Source: Acidimicrobiia bacterium (lineage in GTDB: Bacteria; Actinomycetota; Acidimicrobiia; Acidimicrobiales; Aldehydirespiratoraceae). Taken from it: 64,000 nucleotides of DNA. Made by a program: the position numbers and the translations under genes. Each line of letters opens with the position of its first letter. The stretch's first letter is position 1. This document shows, in pieces, positions 8,936-18,674 of the stretch. The notes beneath the pieces were generated by a model that was not told where the DNA came from, did not search any database, and was given only the letters and a program-made list of their open reading frames with translations. The stretch lies in assembly GCA_022819505.1 (NCBI GenBank), contig JAJEHD010000017.1, positions 1,516-65,515 of the forward strand, given 5' to 3'.

Positions 8936-9417
8936 ACCGACGCCTTGGAGCCGTCAGTGAGCATCACCCCGCCCATCACGTCCATCTGCCACAGCTCCAT
9001 CGCCCGGCTGCGCTCCCAGCGCTTGTAGTCAGACCTCTTGCGGCGCCTCGCCACAGGCTGGATCAGCCCGTGACGCACCAAACACCGATACACCGACGAC
9101 CTCCCCGGCAACGGCACCACCCCGCGGGCCTCGAGACCGAACAACAACGTGCGCGGACCCCACCCCGGATTCTCCCGCCGCAGCCCCACCACCAAAGCCT
9201 CCACCTCCGCCGGCATCTGATGCGGGCACGAACCAGGCCGCGGCGACTGATCCGCCAGCCCCGCCAAACCCCTCGACGCATAACGGCGCAGCCACCGATG
9301 CACCGTCTGGCGGGTCACCCCGAACCGAAGGGCCACATCCTTCACCGCAGCGCCGTCGCGCAACACCTCCAACACCGCCGCATGCCGCTGCTCCACCACA
9401 CCGAGCTCCACCAACAC
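8881..9417 (-). mobile_element. IS481-family transposase gene, N-terminal fragment only (truncated)
   Basis: HTH region (VALRFGVTRQTVHRWLRRY) and the start of the DDE domain (ELWQMDVMGG) are present. IS481-like similarity then ends and a stop follows about 28 codons later. No terminal inverted repeats identified. Confidence 0.7.
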
Positions 9418-9605
9418 GACGACCCCCTCCCATGTGACGACCAGGCCGCCACAAGTGAAGAAGGCTCAGCACCACCAGACGTGGACCGCCCCCGTGTAAC
9501 ACAGCTACCGGAACCAGTGTCGCCCAGCTACCGGAACCGCGTCCGAGAAGTGTCACACACCTACCGGAGCCAACGCGTCAAGCATGTACCGGGACAGGAC
9601 AAGAT

Positions 9606-9630
9606 CGTCCGTTAGAATTTTCGTTAGAAA
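9606..9630. repeat. CGTCCGTTAGAA motif pair next to tRNA-Pro (third locus of this motif)
   Basis: cgtccgttagaa (9606-9617) plus tcgttagaaa (9621-9630). The same motif occurs at 5399-5428 and 8646-8663. Confidence 0.6.
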
Positions 9631-9701
9631 TTTGGGCGATCCCAGAGTTATCCACAGGTGAGCCTGGATCAGAAATGTACTCTTACCTTGGATTTTATCT
9701 G

Positions 9702-9776
9702 TCGGGCTGGGGAGATTTGAACTCCCGACCTTCGGTCCCCCAGACCGACGCGCTAACCAAGCTGCGCCACAGCCCG
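9702..9776 (-). tRNA. tRNA-Pro (anticodon GGG)
   Basis: Hand-folded 75-nt cloverleaf: acceptor CGGGCTG/CAGCCCG, D stem GCGC/GCGC, anticodon stem TCGGT/ACCGA with loop CTGGGGG, T arm GGGAG-TTCAAAT-CTCCC, discriminator A. CCA is not encoded. Confidence 0.9.
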
Positions 9777-9795
9777 AATGGGCTGAGGCTAGCGG

Positions 9796-10008
9796 CTACA
9801 GCAGGAGGGCGACACCCTGCACGGCCCGCCAGGCTAGGTAGACCGTGGCCGCTCCCAGCAGCAGCCAGAAGTGCCACGGGATGCGCTCCGCCACCGGTGC
9901 GGAGGGCTCGGGCGGATGCTGGACCTCGGCGCCGCAGCCGGGGCAGGCGCCCTCAGATGTGAGGGTGGACGGCGTCAGGTATCGCTCGCAGGACTGGCAC
10001 CATGCCAT
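9796..10008 (-). CDS. Small zinc-ribbon membrane protein
   Basis: 70 aa with CxxC...CxxC (CQSCERY...CPGCG) followed by one TM helix (WHFWLLLGAATVYLAW). Confidence 0.45.
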   Translation of the reverse strand: MAWCQSCERYLTPSTLTSEGACPGCGAEVQHPPEPSAPVAERIPWHFWLLLGAATVYLAWRAVQGVALLL

Positions 10009-10012
10009 GGGC

Positions 10013-11110
10013 TCAGTCGCGGCGGATGGCCATGATGGCGGTGTCGTCGCCTATCGACCCGCCTGCGAAGTCCTTGGCCGCGTCGAGCAGCGACTTGCAC
10101 AGCACGTCGGGGGCGGCGTTGAGGTCGCGCTCCACCGACTTGATGATGCGGGCCTCGCCGAACATCTGCCGGCCGGCTCGGGCCTCGGCCAGGCCGTCGG
10201 TGTACATCACCACCAGATCCCCCGACACCATCGGGATCTCCCGGGAGAAGTACGTCGAACCCGGGTCGAGCATCAGCAGCGGGCCTGTCGAGCGCAGCGG
10301 CATCACCCCGTCCGCCTGGAACAGGAACGCAGCCGGGTGACCGGCCGACGAGTAACGCAGCGTCCCGGCCTCGGTGTCGAACACCACCACGCACGCCGAG
10401 ATGAACTCCTCGTTGCGGTCCCCGGCCGAGAGCTGGGCGTTGATCTCTTCGAAGGCCTGGGCCGGGTCGCGGAACTGCCTAAGGAACACCCGCAGCAGGT
10501 ACTTGGCCTGGAACGCGGTGATGGACGACTCGATGCCGTGGCCGGCCACATCGCCGATCACCGCGGCCACCCGGTGGCGCCCCACCCGGTGCACGTCGAA
10601 GAAGTCGCCGGCCATCAAACCCGAGCCGGCCTGGTAGACCCGGCCGATCTCGAAGCCGCTGAAGTCCGGGACCTCCTCGGGCGCCAATCGGGCCGCCCAC
10701 GCCTTCGGGGCGAGCTGCTCCTGCTCAAGCGCCTGCTCGGCCCGACGCTCCAGCCCGATGCGGTTGCGGGCCATGCGGGCCTCCTCCACCGAGGTGCGGG
10801 CCCACCACACCGACAGCAACGCAGGCAGAGCCAGAAGCCCGAGCACCACTGCGACGTTGGCGGCGTCCACCCGGCCAATCAGCAGAGCCACCGGCACCAG
10901 CAGCGCGTAGACGATCACGCCGTGGATCTCCTTGCGCAGCGAGGTCATGGCCAGGATCCGCGCTTCGGGATGCGCGCCGGCGTCGGCCTCGACCAGGCGC
11001 AGGACCCGCAGCCGGTGACGAGCCGAGCGGATGTAGAAGATCATGGCCAGCGCGCAGGACAGGGCCAAGAGATCGAGAACGATCGTTCTCACACGCACCC
11101 CTCCCCGCAC
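10013..11110 (-). CDS. Membrane-anchored PP2C/SpoIIE-family serine phosphatase
   Basis: N-terminal TM helices, then GDFFDV...VIGDVAGHGIESS...VVMYTDGLAEA, typical of SpoIIE/PP2C. Confidence 0.8.
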   Translation of the reverse strand: MRGGVRVRTIVLDLLALSCALAMIFYIRSARHRLRVLRLVEADAGAHPEARILAMTSLRKEIHGVIVYALLVPVALLIGRVDAANVAVVLGLLALPALLSVWWARTSVEEARMARNRIGLERRAEQALEQEQLAPKAWAARLAPEEVPDFSGFEIGRVYQAGSGLMAGDFFDVHRVGRHRVAAVIGDVAGHGIESSITAFQAKYLLRVFLRQFRDPAQAFEEINAQLSAGDRNEEFISACVVVFDTEAGTLRYSSAGHPAAFLFQADGVMPLRSTGPLLMLDPGSTYFSREIPMVSGDLVVMYTDGLAEARAGRQMFGEARIIKSVERDLNAAPDVLCKSLLDAAKDFAGGSIGDDTAIMAIRRD

Positions 11111-11261
11111 TCGGCCGGCCGCTGCACTTCATCGTACCGCCATCGGCCGTGTGCGAGCCGACACGCATCCCCAGCACCCCTCACGGGACAGCTCCCCGAG
11201 CACGCCTCGACGACACATCGGTGTGCTCGCTGCCGCCGGAGGGGGCGGCGCCGGCCGGCGG

Positions 11262-12623
11262 CTACTGGTCGCGGCGGCGAACCCTGAGCTTCATGGCGGT
11301 GGTGCCCAGATCGAAGCTCTCCCGCAGCTTCCGCTCGATGTAGCGCAGGTAAGTGCGGGGCAGGGTCCGGTTGGCGAACAGCGTGAAGGTGGGCGGGTCG
11401 GTGGCCACCTGGGTGGCGTACAGGATGCGAGCACCGGCGGGCGCGGGCTGGGCGGCCTGGGCCGCCCGGACCACCTCGTTCACCCGGCGGGTGGGAATAC
11501 GGGTCCGGTACTCGGCCACCGCCACGCTCAGCGACGGCCACAGCCTCCCCACCCCCTTGCCGCTCAACGCGCTGATCCGCATCACCGGCGGGTCCCCCAG
11601 AAAGCCCAGCCGATCGCCGACGGCCGCGGCGAGGTCGAGCCTGGCCTCGGTGCCGACCAGGTCCCACTTGTTGAGCAGCACCACGATCGGGCAGCCCGCC
11701 GCGTCCACCCGCTCCGCGAGCCGCTGGTCCTGGTGGGTGACCCCCACCGTGGAGTCGACCACCAGCAGCGCCACATCGGCGGCGTCCACCGCCCGCAGCG
11801 CCCGCACCAGCGAGTAGTACTCGGTGCCCGAGTCGATGCGGGCCCGGCGGCGCATCCCGGCGGTGTCGATGAAACGCACCGGGCCCTCCTCGGTCTCGAT
11901 GAGGGTGTCGATGGCGTCGCGGGTGGTGCCGGGAAGGTCGTGCACGATGGCACGCTCCTCCCCTATCAGCCGGTTGAACAGCGTCGACTTGCCCGCGTTG
12001 GGCCGGCCCACCAGCACCACCGAGAACGCCTCAGCGGCCGCCGCGGCCAGCGAGCTGTCGGGTTGGTCGGGCGCCGCTGCTCCGGGACCGTCCCCGCCGC
12101 CCGAACCCGACCGGCTCGCCCCGGCGGAGGCCTCGTCCAGGCGGGCGACAACCTCCTCGAGCAGGTCACCGGTGCCGCGGCCGTGCAGCGCGCTCACCTG
12201 GTGGGGGGTGCCCAGCCCGAGCCCGAGCAGCTCCCAGACGGCGTCCGCCTGGTTGGGGTGGTCGACCTTGTTGGCCACCACCAGCACAGGCACATCGGCC
12301 GAGTACAGCACGCGGGCGACCTGCTCGTCGTCGGAGGTCACCCCCACCGACGCGTCCACCACGAACAGCACCGCGTCGGCCTCGCGCACGGCCCGCTCCG
12401 CCTGGGCGCTGACCTTGGCGTCTAGCTCGTCGCCGCCGGCGCTCCAGCCGCCGGTGTCGAGCACCGTGAAGCGCCGGCCCTGCCACTCGGCCTCCACCGC
12501 CTTGCGGTCGCGGGTGACGCCCGGGCGCTCCTCGACGATGGCCTCGCGGCGGCCGAGGATGCGGTTCACCAGCGTCGACTTGCCGACATTGGGGCGGCCC
12601 ACCACGGCCACTACCGGGTTCAT
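11262..12623 (-). CDS. der: Ribosome-associated GTPase Der (EngA)
   Basis: Two GTPase domains (VGRPNVGKSTLVN, VGRPNAGKSTLFN; DTGG and DTAG) plus a KH-like C-terminus. Confidence 0.95.
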   Translation of the reverse strand: MNPVVAVVGRPNVGKSTLVNRILGRREAIVEERPGVTRDRKAVEAEWQGRRFTVLDTGGWSAGGDELDAKVSAQAERAVREADAVLFVVDASVGVTSDDEQVARVLYSADVPVLVVANKVDHPNQADAVWELLGLGLGTPHQVSALHGRGTGDLLEEVVARLDEASAGASRSGSGGGDGPGAAAPDQPDSSLAAAAAEAFSVVLVGRPNAGKSTLFNRLIGEERAIVHDLPGTTRDAIDTLIETEEGPVRFIDTAGMRRRARIDSGTEYYSLVRALRAVDAADVALLVVDSTVGVTHQDQRLAERVDAAGCPIVVLLNKWDLVGTEARLDLAAAVGDRLGFLGDPPVMRISALSGKGVGRLWPSLSVAVAEYRTRIPTRRVNEVVRAAQAAQPAPAGARILYATQVATDPPTFTLFANRTLPRTYLRYIERKLRESFDLGTTAMKLRVRRRDQ

Positions 12624-14029
12624 GACGGCTCCAGCGCCAGCCTCAGCGCCCGGCCGTGGGTGGCTACCACCTCCACCGGGCGGGGAAGGTCACCGACGTC
12701 CATCCCGTCGAGGAAGCGGCCCCGGCTGAGGCACACGTCGGGCAGCAGGTACCGGTCACCCTCAGGCTGGCCGTCGAGGACGCGGGCCACGTCCTCGCCC
12801 ACCATCAGCCCGGTCACCCCGATGTTCCCGCCGAAGAAGCGGTTCTCGACGGGCACGACCCGGGCGTCCTGGCGCCCCAGCGACGCCACCAGAGGCGACA
12901 CCACGGCCGCTCCCAGGGTTCCGGTGAGCACCGCGACGGCAGCATCACGAGCGGGGCGGCGCCGCCCAAGCGCTACCGCCACCGGCGAGGCACCGGGCCC
13001 GGCCGCCACCGCCTCGGCCGCGGAGCCCTGGCGGGGGGCGCGGTAGCCGTCGGCGGGCGCGCCGTCCACCCAGGCGAAGAAGCCCGACCGGGGCGGCGTG
13101 GGCTGGTGGCCGTCGGAGCCGAACTCGGTCTCGAACGCCCGGGCCATGCCGATGCCGTCCTCGTGCATCTCGAAGCCCTCGTAGTGCTCGGCCGGCGGGA
13201 ACCCGCGCCCGCACATCAGGTAGTACTCGTCTGCGACGAAGGCCAGACGGCGTCCCAGCACCCGAAGGAACACCGACTGCCAGCTCTCCACCACGTCGAC
13301 GACCGCGGCCGCTTCGGCGGTGGTGTGCATCCGCATCCGAGCCTGGCGGTTGAACCTGGACAGCCCGAGGGGGACCACGCACAGCGAGCGGAGCTCACAG
13401 AAGCGGTCAAGCACGCCGGCGAGAGTGTCGGCCAGCACCTCGCCGTCGTTGACGCCGGGGCACACCACGACCTGGCCGTGCACCTCGATCCCGGCGTCGA
13501 GCAGCAGCCTCAGCCAGCGCAGCGAAACGGCGCCCCGCCGGTTCTGGAGGATCGCGGCCCGCACGTCGGGGTCGGTGGAGTGGATCGACACGTACAGCGG
13601 CGACAGCCGCTCGGTGACCACCCGCTCGAAGTCGAGCTCGGTGAAGCGGGTCAGGGTGGTGAAGTTCCCGTACAGGAACGACAGCCGGTAGTCGTCGTCC
13701 TTGAGGTACAGCGATCGGCGCATGCCCCTCGGCAGCTGGTGCACGAAGCAGAACTCGCAGTGGTTGTCGCAGGTCTGCACGCCGTCGAACACGGCTGCGT
13801 CGACCTCGGCGCCCAAGGGTTCGCCGTCGCGCTTGTGGACCACCAGCTCGAACCGGTCTCCGGCCCGCTGCACGTCGAGGGGGACCTCGGCCCCGTCGCT
13901 GAGCAGCTGCCAGCGGATCACGTCGCGGGGCGCCTCCCCGGCGATTGCCGCGATCTCGTCGCCGGGCCGCAGCCCGGCCCGCTCGGCCGGCGACCCGGAC
14001 GCGACCGCCACGATCTGCGGACCGGCCAT
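12620..14029 (-). CDS. DUF512 protein (PDZ domain plus radical-SAM-like Cys cluster)
   Basis: GSPAERAGLRPGDEI (PDZ), CDNHCEFCFVHQLP, LSFLYGNFTTLT. Its stop overlaps the der start (ATGA). Confidence 0.75.
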   Translation of the reverse strand: MAGPQIVAVASGSPAERAGLRPGDEIAAIAGEAPRDVIRWQLLSDGAEVPLDVQRAGDRFELVVHKRDGEPLGAEVDAAVFDGVQTCDNHCEFCFVHQLPRGMRRSLYLKDDDYRLSFLYGNFTTLTRFTELDFERVVTERLSPLYVSIHSTDPDVRAAILQNRRGAVSLRWLRLLLDAGIEVHGQVVVCPGVNDGEVLADTLAGVLDRFCELRSLCVVPLGLSRFNRQARMRMHTTAEAAAVVDVVESWQSVFLRVLGRRLAFVADEYYLMCGRGFPPAEHYEGFEMHEDGIGMARAFETEFGSDGHQPTPPRSGFFAWVDGAPADGYRAPRQGSAAEAVAAGPGASPVAVALGRRRPARDAAVAVLTGTLGAAVVSPLVASLGRQDARVVPVENRFFGGNIGVTGLMVGEDVARVLDGQPEGDRYLLPDVCLSRGRFLDGMDVGDLPRPVEVVATHGRALRLALEPS

Positions 14030-14192
14030 CGCCCAAGGCTACCGGCAGGCCGTCTCGGGAACGGCCGGTGAGCGGCACTACCAGGCCTAGAATTGCAGAT
14101 TCAGTCTTTTTCATGTATTTTACTGCTATGTTCATTATGTCAGTGCTACAAGGGCCGTGTGACAGCGGCGGTCGAGACGGGGAGGGCCGACC

Positions 14193-15677
14193 GTGGCGGT
14201 CGTGACTGTCAGCCGCGCAGGGGACCGCCTGATCGCGGTCAAGCAGGTTCCGGCGGAGCACGTCCACGACATCGAGCAGGAGGCCGAGAGCCTTCAGCGG
14301 ATCGCCCATCCCGGCGTGGTGAGATTCGTCGATCTCGTGGAGACGCCCGACCACGGCCGAGCCATGCACACCGAGTTCGTGAGCTCTGACACATGGGCCA
14401 CCCGGCCGACCACCGACCCAACCGAGCGAGCCGCTGGCGTGGCCGCGCTGGCGGGAGTGGTCGCCGACCTTCACAACATGGGTCTCGCTCACTGCCAGAT
14501 CCACCCGTCCCATGTGCTCCACGGCGATGGCGACCGGCCGGTGCTCTGCGGGTTCCGGCTCGCCTCTGAGGCCAGCCCCGAGAACCGCCGCGCCGACCTG
14601 GCCGCCCTTGCGGACCTGTGCCACGACCCCGCCCTCGGGCAAGGTCCGCTCGTTGACAAGCTGTCGGCGCTCGCCGATGCGGCGCGAGCGGGGCGGCTGG
14701 ACGTCCGGGAGCTGGCCAGAAGGCTCGCCATGGTCCACGACAAGCGCTCAACCGCGGCTGAGCCGGACCGGCCGGCCGCCGACGGAGCGAGCCGCCGTCG
14801 CAGGGTGCGGTCCAGGACCAGGCTGATGGTGGCCGCAGCCGTGCTCGCCGTGTTGGCGGCGGTACTGGCCGCAGGCATCTGGAGTCGCGGCCAAAGAACG
14901 AGCGCACCGGCCACCATCACCGACGCGGCCGGCTTACCTGCAACCGAGACCGGCGGCCCGGCAGGTGCCTCGGACCCGTTCGGCGCGATCGTGGCGGCGC
15001 CCGGGAATGCCGCCGCACCGAACCCGGCCAGCGCGCAGGCCGAAGCCAAACCAACGAGCGCGGCCGCCGCCACGGACCCGACTAGCGCACCGCACGCCGG
15101 TACGGCCCTAACCGGCACCGCAACCGCGAGGACGGACCCGACCGACACCGACATCACAGGCGCCGACCCAACCGGCGCAACCGTCGCAAACCACACGGCA
15201 TCTGCCTCGCCGATGGTGCCCGGTGCGGTTGCCCTCGGTGCGGAGGCCAGACCGAGCGGCCTCGCCGGCAGCCCCGGCCCGGACGACGGCGACCCGTTGC
15301 TGGCCCCGACTCTGATCCCCCCGATCCAGATCCGACCCGACGACACATCCGCGCACCAGCCGGGCGCGGTTCTGGAGCACGGCGGCAGCCGTTACCGCGT
15401 CGGCACCGCCGGGGACTTCATCGCGACGGGAGACTGGGACTGTGACGGGGAGCCCACGCCGGCGATCGTCCGTCCTGGCACCGGCCACGTGGTGCTGTTC
15501 GACACCTGGCCCGCTACGGGCCAGAGCCTCGCGATGCCGGTGCGCTGGGAGGTGGACGCCCCCACCGGCGCCGAGGCGGTGGCACACGGCGCCTGCCACC
15601 TGCTCAGGGTCTACACGTCAGCCGGCTCGAGGCTCTTCGACCCCATGGAGGGCCGCTGGGAGCCCGACCGAAATTAG
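14193..15677 (+). CDS. Ser/Thr-kinase-like (probable pseudokinase) single-pass membrane protein
   Basis: GTG start with GGAGGG 6 nt upstream. Kinase-like N-lobe (IAVKQV, EQEAESL), but HCQIHPSHV replaces HRDxKxxN and CGF replaces DFG. TM helix LMVAAAVLAVLAAVLAAGIW. The C-terminal domain is extracytoplasmic. Confidence 0.55.
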   Translation: MAVVTVSRAGDRLIAVKQVPAEHVHDIEQEAESLQRIAHPGVVRFVDLVETPDHGRAMHTEFVSSDTWATRPTTDPTERAAGVAALAGVVADLHNMGLAHCQIHPSHVLHGDGDRPVLCGFRLASEASPENRRADLAALADLCHDPALGQGPLVDKLSALADAARAGRLDVRELARRLAMVHDKRSTAAEPDRPAADGASRRRRVRSRTRLMVAAAVLAVLAAVLAAGIWSRGQRTSAPATITDAAGLPATETGGPAGASDPFGAIVAAPGNAAAPNPASAQAEAKPTSAAAATDPTSAPHAGTALTGTATARTDPTDTDITGADPTGATVANHTASASPMVPGAVALGAEARPSGLAGSPGPDDGDPLLAPTLIPPIQIRPDDTSAHQPGAVLEHGGSRYRVGTAGDFIATGDWDCDGEPTPAIVRPGTGHVVLFDTWPATGQSLAMPVRWEVDAPTGAEAVAHGACHLLRVYTSAGSRLFDPMEGRWEPDRN

Positions 15678-15774
15678 TAGAGAAACCCGTCACATGTGAG
15701 GAGTATCCACACAGATTTCACGAGAGCCTGACCGCGAGCCTTGACCGGCGCTTCCCCGTACGCTCCCGCCAGGC

Positions 15775-16509
15775 TCAGGCCAGAGCCTCCCCCGCCGCCG
15801 GCAGGTGTCCGCTGCGTCTGGCTGCGAGCATCGCCGCGGCCGCCACCGCGGCCGTCTCGGCTCGCATGATGTGCGGCCCGAGTCCCACATGCACCGACAC
15901 GGCGGCCAACTCGGCGTCGGCCCATCCCCCTTCGGGACCGATCAGCACGAAGTTCTCGCCGCCGGTCATGGTCCGGCCCACCGAGGCGGCCAGCGCGGCG
16001 CCGGTCAGGTCGAGTTCGGCGAAGTCCCGCACCCGATCGATCCGCGGCAGCCACAGACGCCGGCATTGCATGACCGCCTCGCGGGCTACCCGTCTCCAGC
16101 GCTCGACCTGCCGACCGGCCCGAGGCTCGTCCCAGCGCACCACCGACCGCTCGGCCACGAACGGCGCGATCCGGTCGACGCCAAGCTCAGTGAGCTTCTG
16201 CACGACGCTCTCGGAACGTCCGCCCTTCAGCACTGCGAAGCCCACCGCAACCTCGAGCTCCGGTGCCGCCACCGCAACGGCATCACCGTCGGGCTCGATC
16301 ACCGCTCCGAACCGGCACGGCCTCCAGCGTCCGGCGCCGTCGCCAACCGTCAGCGGGTCGCCGGACCGCAGCCGCAGCACCCGCTCCAGATGGTGGCGGT
16401 CGTCGTCGGACAGTTCGGGCCTGTCGACGTCCTCGACGAGAACATGCGGCCCGGACCCGCCAGCCGACCCGCCCGCGCCGGCGCCCGCGACGGACGCCAC
16501 GCCGCTCAC
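15775..16509 (-). CDS. rsmE: 16S rRNA (uracil1498-N3)-methyltransferase RsmE
   Basis: 244 aa with LIGPEGGW near the C-terminus. Position downstream of dnaJ is typical. The GTG start overlaps the dnaJ stop (GTGA). Confidence 0.75.
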   Translation of the reverse strand: MSGVASVAGAGAGGSAGGSGPHVLVEDVDRPELSDDDRHHLERVLRLRSGDPLTVGDGAGRWRPCRFGAVIEPDGDAVAVAAPELEVAVGFAVLKGGRSESVVQKLTELGVDRIAPFVAERSVVRWDEPRAGRQVERWRRVAREAVMQCRRLWLPRIDRVRDFAELDLTGAALAASVGRTMTGGENFVLIGPEGGWADAELAAVSVHVGLGPHIMRAETAAVAAAAMLAARRSGHLPAAGEALA

Positions 16510-17624
16510 CGGAACGCGGTGCGGATCCGGCCCAGCAGGCCCTCACTCGGCTCGGCGACCTCCTCGCCCCGCAGCTCGGCCAGCCGGCGCACCAGCTCCT
16601 CCTGCTCGTCGCTGAGGTCGTCGGGAACGTCGACCACCAGACGGATCAGCAGATCGCCGCGGCCCCGGCCCCGCACATGGGGCACCCCTCGGCCCCTCAG
16701 CCGTAGCACCGCACCGGTCTCGGTCCCCCTGGGCACCGCGATGGCCTCGGTGCCGTCAAGCGTCTCGTACTCGAGCCGGGCCCCCAGCGCGGCCTGCGTG
16801 AACGGCACGTGCAGCTCGTGCACCAGGTCGCTGCCCTCCCGATGGAAACGAGGATGGGGCCGGACCCGGGTGTGGACATACAGGTCGCCGTGGGCACCGC
16901 CGCGGGGCCCGGCCGCCCCCCTGCCGCTGAGGCGCAGCGTGGTCCCGTCGTCGACCCCCACCGGGACCTGGACGCTGTAAGTGCGCCGCTCGAGCCTGCG
17001 CCCGTGGCCGTCGCACTCCCCGCACGGCTGCTCGATCATCTCGCCGAGGCCGCCGCAACGGTCGCACGCCCCGGCTGTGACCATCTGGCCCAGCATCGAC
17101 TGCCGAACCTTGCGAACCTGGCCGGAGCCGCCGCACTGCGAGCACCGCACCGGCGAGGTCCCAGCCTCGGCGCCGCTGCCGTCGCATGACTCACAACGCA
17201 CCGCGGTGCGCACGCTGACCTCCCGCTCGGCACCGAACACCACGTCGCTGAGCTCGAGGTCGACGTGGGTCTCCAGGTCCTCGCCGGGGGGCGGCCCGTG
17301 GTGCCTGGGCGAGGAGCCGAAGCCGCCGAAGGGAGAGTCGGAGCCGAAGAAGGCGTCGAAGATGCTGCCCAGCCCCCCGCCGAAGGGATCGGCGGCACGG
17401 GCCGCGTTGGGGTCGTCGGTGCCGAACCGGTCATACAGGGAGCGCCGCTCGGGATCCGACAGCACCTCGTAGGCCGCGCTCACCTCCTTGAAGCGGGCCT
17501 CGGCATCGGAGTCGTCCGGGTTGGCGTCGGGATGGTAGCGGCGGGCCATCTTGCGGTAGGCCCGCTTGAGCTCCTCGTCGGTGGCGTCGCGGTCAACGCC
17601 CAGAGTCTCGTAATGGTCCGCCAT
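16506..17624 (-). CDS. dnaJ: Chaperone DnaJ
   Basis: J domain (YETLGV...YHPD), G/F region, and four CxxCxGxG zinc motifs. Confidence 0.95.
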   Translation of the reverse strand: MADHYETLGVDRDATDEELKRAYRKMARRYHPDANPDDSDAEARFKEVSAAYEVLSDPERRSLYDRFGTDDPNAARAADPFGGGLGSIFDAFFGSDSPFGGFGSSPRHHGPPPGEDLETHVDLELSDVVFGAEREVSVRTAVRCESCDGSGAEAGTSPVRCSQCGGSGQVRKVRQSMLGQMVTAGACDRCGGLGEMIEQPCGECDGHGRRLERRTYSVQVPVGVDDGTTLRLSGRGAAGPRGGAHGDLYVHTRVRPHPRFHREGSDLVHELHVPFTQAALGARLEYETLDGTEAIAVPRGTETGAVLRLRGRGVPHVRGRGRGDLLIRLVVDVPDDLSDEQEELVRRLAELRGEEVAEPSEGLLGRIRTAFR

Positions 17625-17671
17625 CTACAGATCGCCCATTGCTCGCATGGCCCGGCCGCGACCGACCATAC

Positions 17672-18664
17672 CTACGATTCGCTCAGAGCGGGTCCCAGCC
17701 GGCTGCTCACCGCGGCCACCGCCGAGAGCGCCTGCGGATAGTCCATCCTCGTCGGCCCGATCACGCCGATGGTCCCGCCGCCGCTGCCGTCCGTACTGTA
17801 CGGGGCCAGCACCAGCGAGCAGTCGGCCAGCGAGGGCACGCCGGTCTCCTCGCCGATGGCCACCCGCAGGCCCCTGTCGAGCACCCTGCGCATCACGGTG
17901 ACCACCACCAGCTGCTTCTCCAGCAGGCCGAGGACCTCGCTCAACTGCTCCACCGCGTCGAAGGCGGCCGCCAGCTTGGAGGTGCCCCCGACGAACACCT
18001 CGTGATGGGCCCGGGCTTCCCGCAGCGCGGTGAGAGCCGCGGCCAGGAGCCGGTCGTCGGGTTCGTCGCAGTCCCCGATGTCGGCCAGGGTCCGGCCCAC
18101 CACCCGCCGGGCCAGCCGCTGGGAGGCGTCGGCCACCACCTCTGCCGAAGTGTCGACCGGCACCTCGATCGTGCGCTTCTCGATGGCGCCGTTGGACATG
18201 ACCGCAACCACCATCACCGTGCCGGCCGCCAGTTCCACCAGCTGGGCCGAGCGGACGGTGGCCGCCGAGGGGCTGGGCGCCACCACGACCGCGGTCCAGT
18301 CGGTGAGATCCGACAGCAGCCCGGTGGTGTCGCTCAGAATCGACTCGAAACCTCCGTGGGAGACCGCGAAGAACTCGTTCACCTGCTGGCGGTCGACCGG
18401 GTCGAGGGTGGGCGCGGGCGAGTGCCTACGCCACTGGTCGACAAAGAAGCGGTAGCCCTTCACGGTGGGCACCCGGCCCGCGCTGGTGTGGGGCTGGACC
18501 AGGTACTGCTGGTCCGACAGCGCGGCCATCTCGCTGCGCACCGTGGCCGGCGACGCCTCGACGCCGGGCGAGCGCGCCACCCGGGCCGAGCCCACCGGCT
18601 GGGCGGTGCTGATGTACTCCTGCACGACGGCGTAGAGGATGGCGGCCTTGCGGTCGTCGAGCAT
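17672..18664 (-). CDS. hrcA: Heat-inducible transcription repressor HrcA
   Basis: MLDDRKAAILYAVVQEYISTAQPVGS is the canonical HrcA N-terminus. It lies upstream of dnaJ. Confidence 0.9.
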   Translation of the reverse strand: MLDDRKAAILYAVVQEYISTAQPVGSARVARSPGVEASPATVRSEMAALSDQQYLVQPHTSAGRVPTVKGYRFFVDQWRRHSPAPTLDPVDRQQVNEFFAVSHGGFESILSDTTGLLSDLTDWTAVVVAPSPSAATVRSAQLVELAAGTVMVVAVMSNGAIEKRTIEVPVDTSAEVVADASQRLARRVVGRTLADIGDCDEPDDRLLAAALTALREARAHHEVFVGGTSKLAAAFDAVEQLSEVLGLLEKQLVVVTVMRRVLDRGLRVAIGEETGVPSLADCSLVLAPYSTDGSGGGTIGVIGPTRMDYPQALSAVAAVSSRLGPALSES

Positions 18665-18674
18665 GGCGGAGATG

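Larger units (their letters stand above)
5242..9701. mobile_element. Degenerate tandem integrative-element remnants inserted at tRNA-Pro (no integrase retained)
   Basis: Bounded by the intact tRNA-Pro (9702-9776) and a 43-nt copy of its 3' half (5242-5284). A third, degraded copy sits at 8491-8532. Cargo is TA, defence-like, IS and pseudogene fragments. The 6.7-8.4 kb part is visibly AT-richer than the surroundings. Confidence 0.7.

Noticed and set aside
9648-9656. Perfect DnaA-box consensus TTATCCACA, with near matches at 8623-8630 and 15703-15711, as a hint of a replication origin.
   Set aside because: These are isolated boxes with no cluster, no AT-rich unwinding element and no dnaA/dnaN nearby. 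A single 9-mer match in 64 kb on two strands is within chance expectation.
9845-12425. Long ORFs antisense to or out of frame with PP2C and der (9845-11287, 480 aa; 11043-12425, 460 aa). Many similar cases occur elsewhere, for example 12656-14071, 15805-16980, 22355-24682 and 43278-44975.
   Set aside because: Their translations are Arg/Pro/Gly/His-rich and low-complexity. They overlap genes with clear family signatures on the other strand or frame. This is the typical stop-codon-poor artefact of high-GC DNA.
5347-14102. Recurrence of TTGCAGATTC (5347-5356, 8595-8604, 14093-14102) as a dispersed regulatory motif.
   Set aside because: Two occurrences are simply part of the duplicated element-end sequence. 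The third is a lone 10-mer in an AT-rich promoter region and is insufficient evidence.
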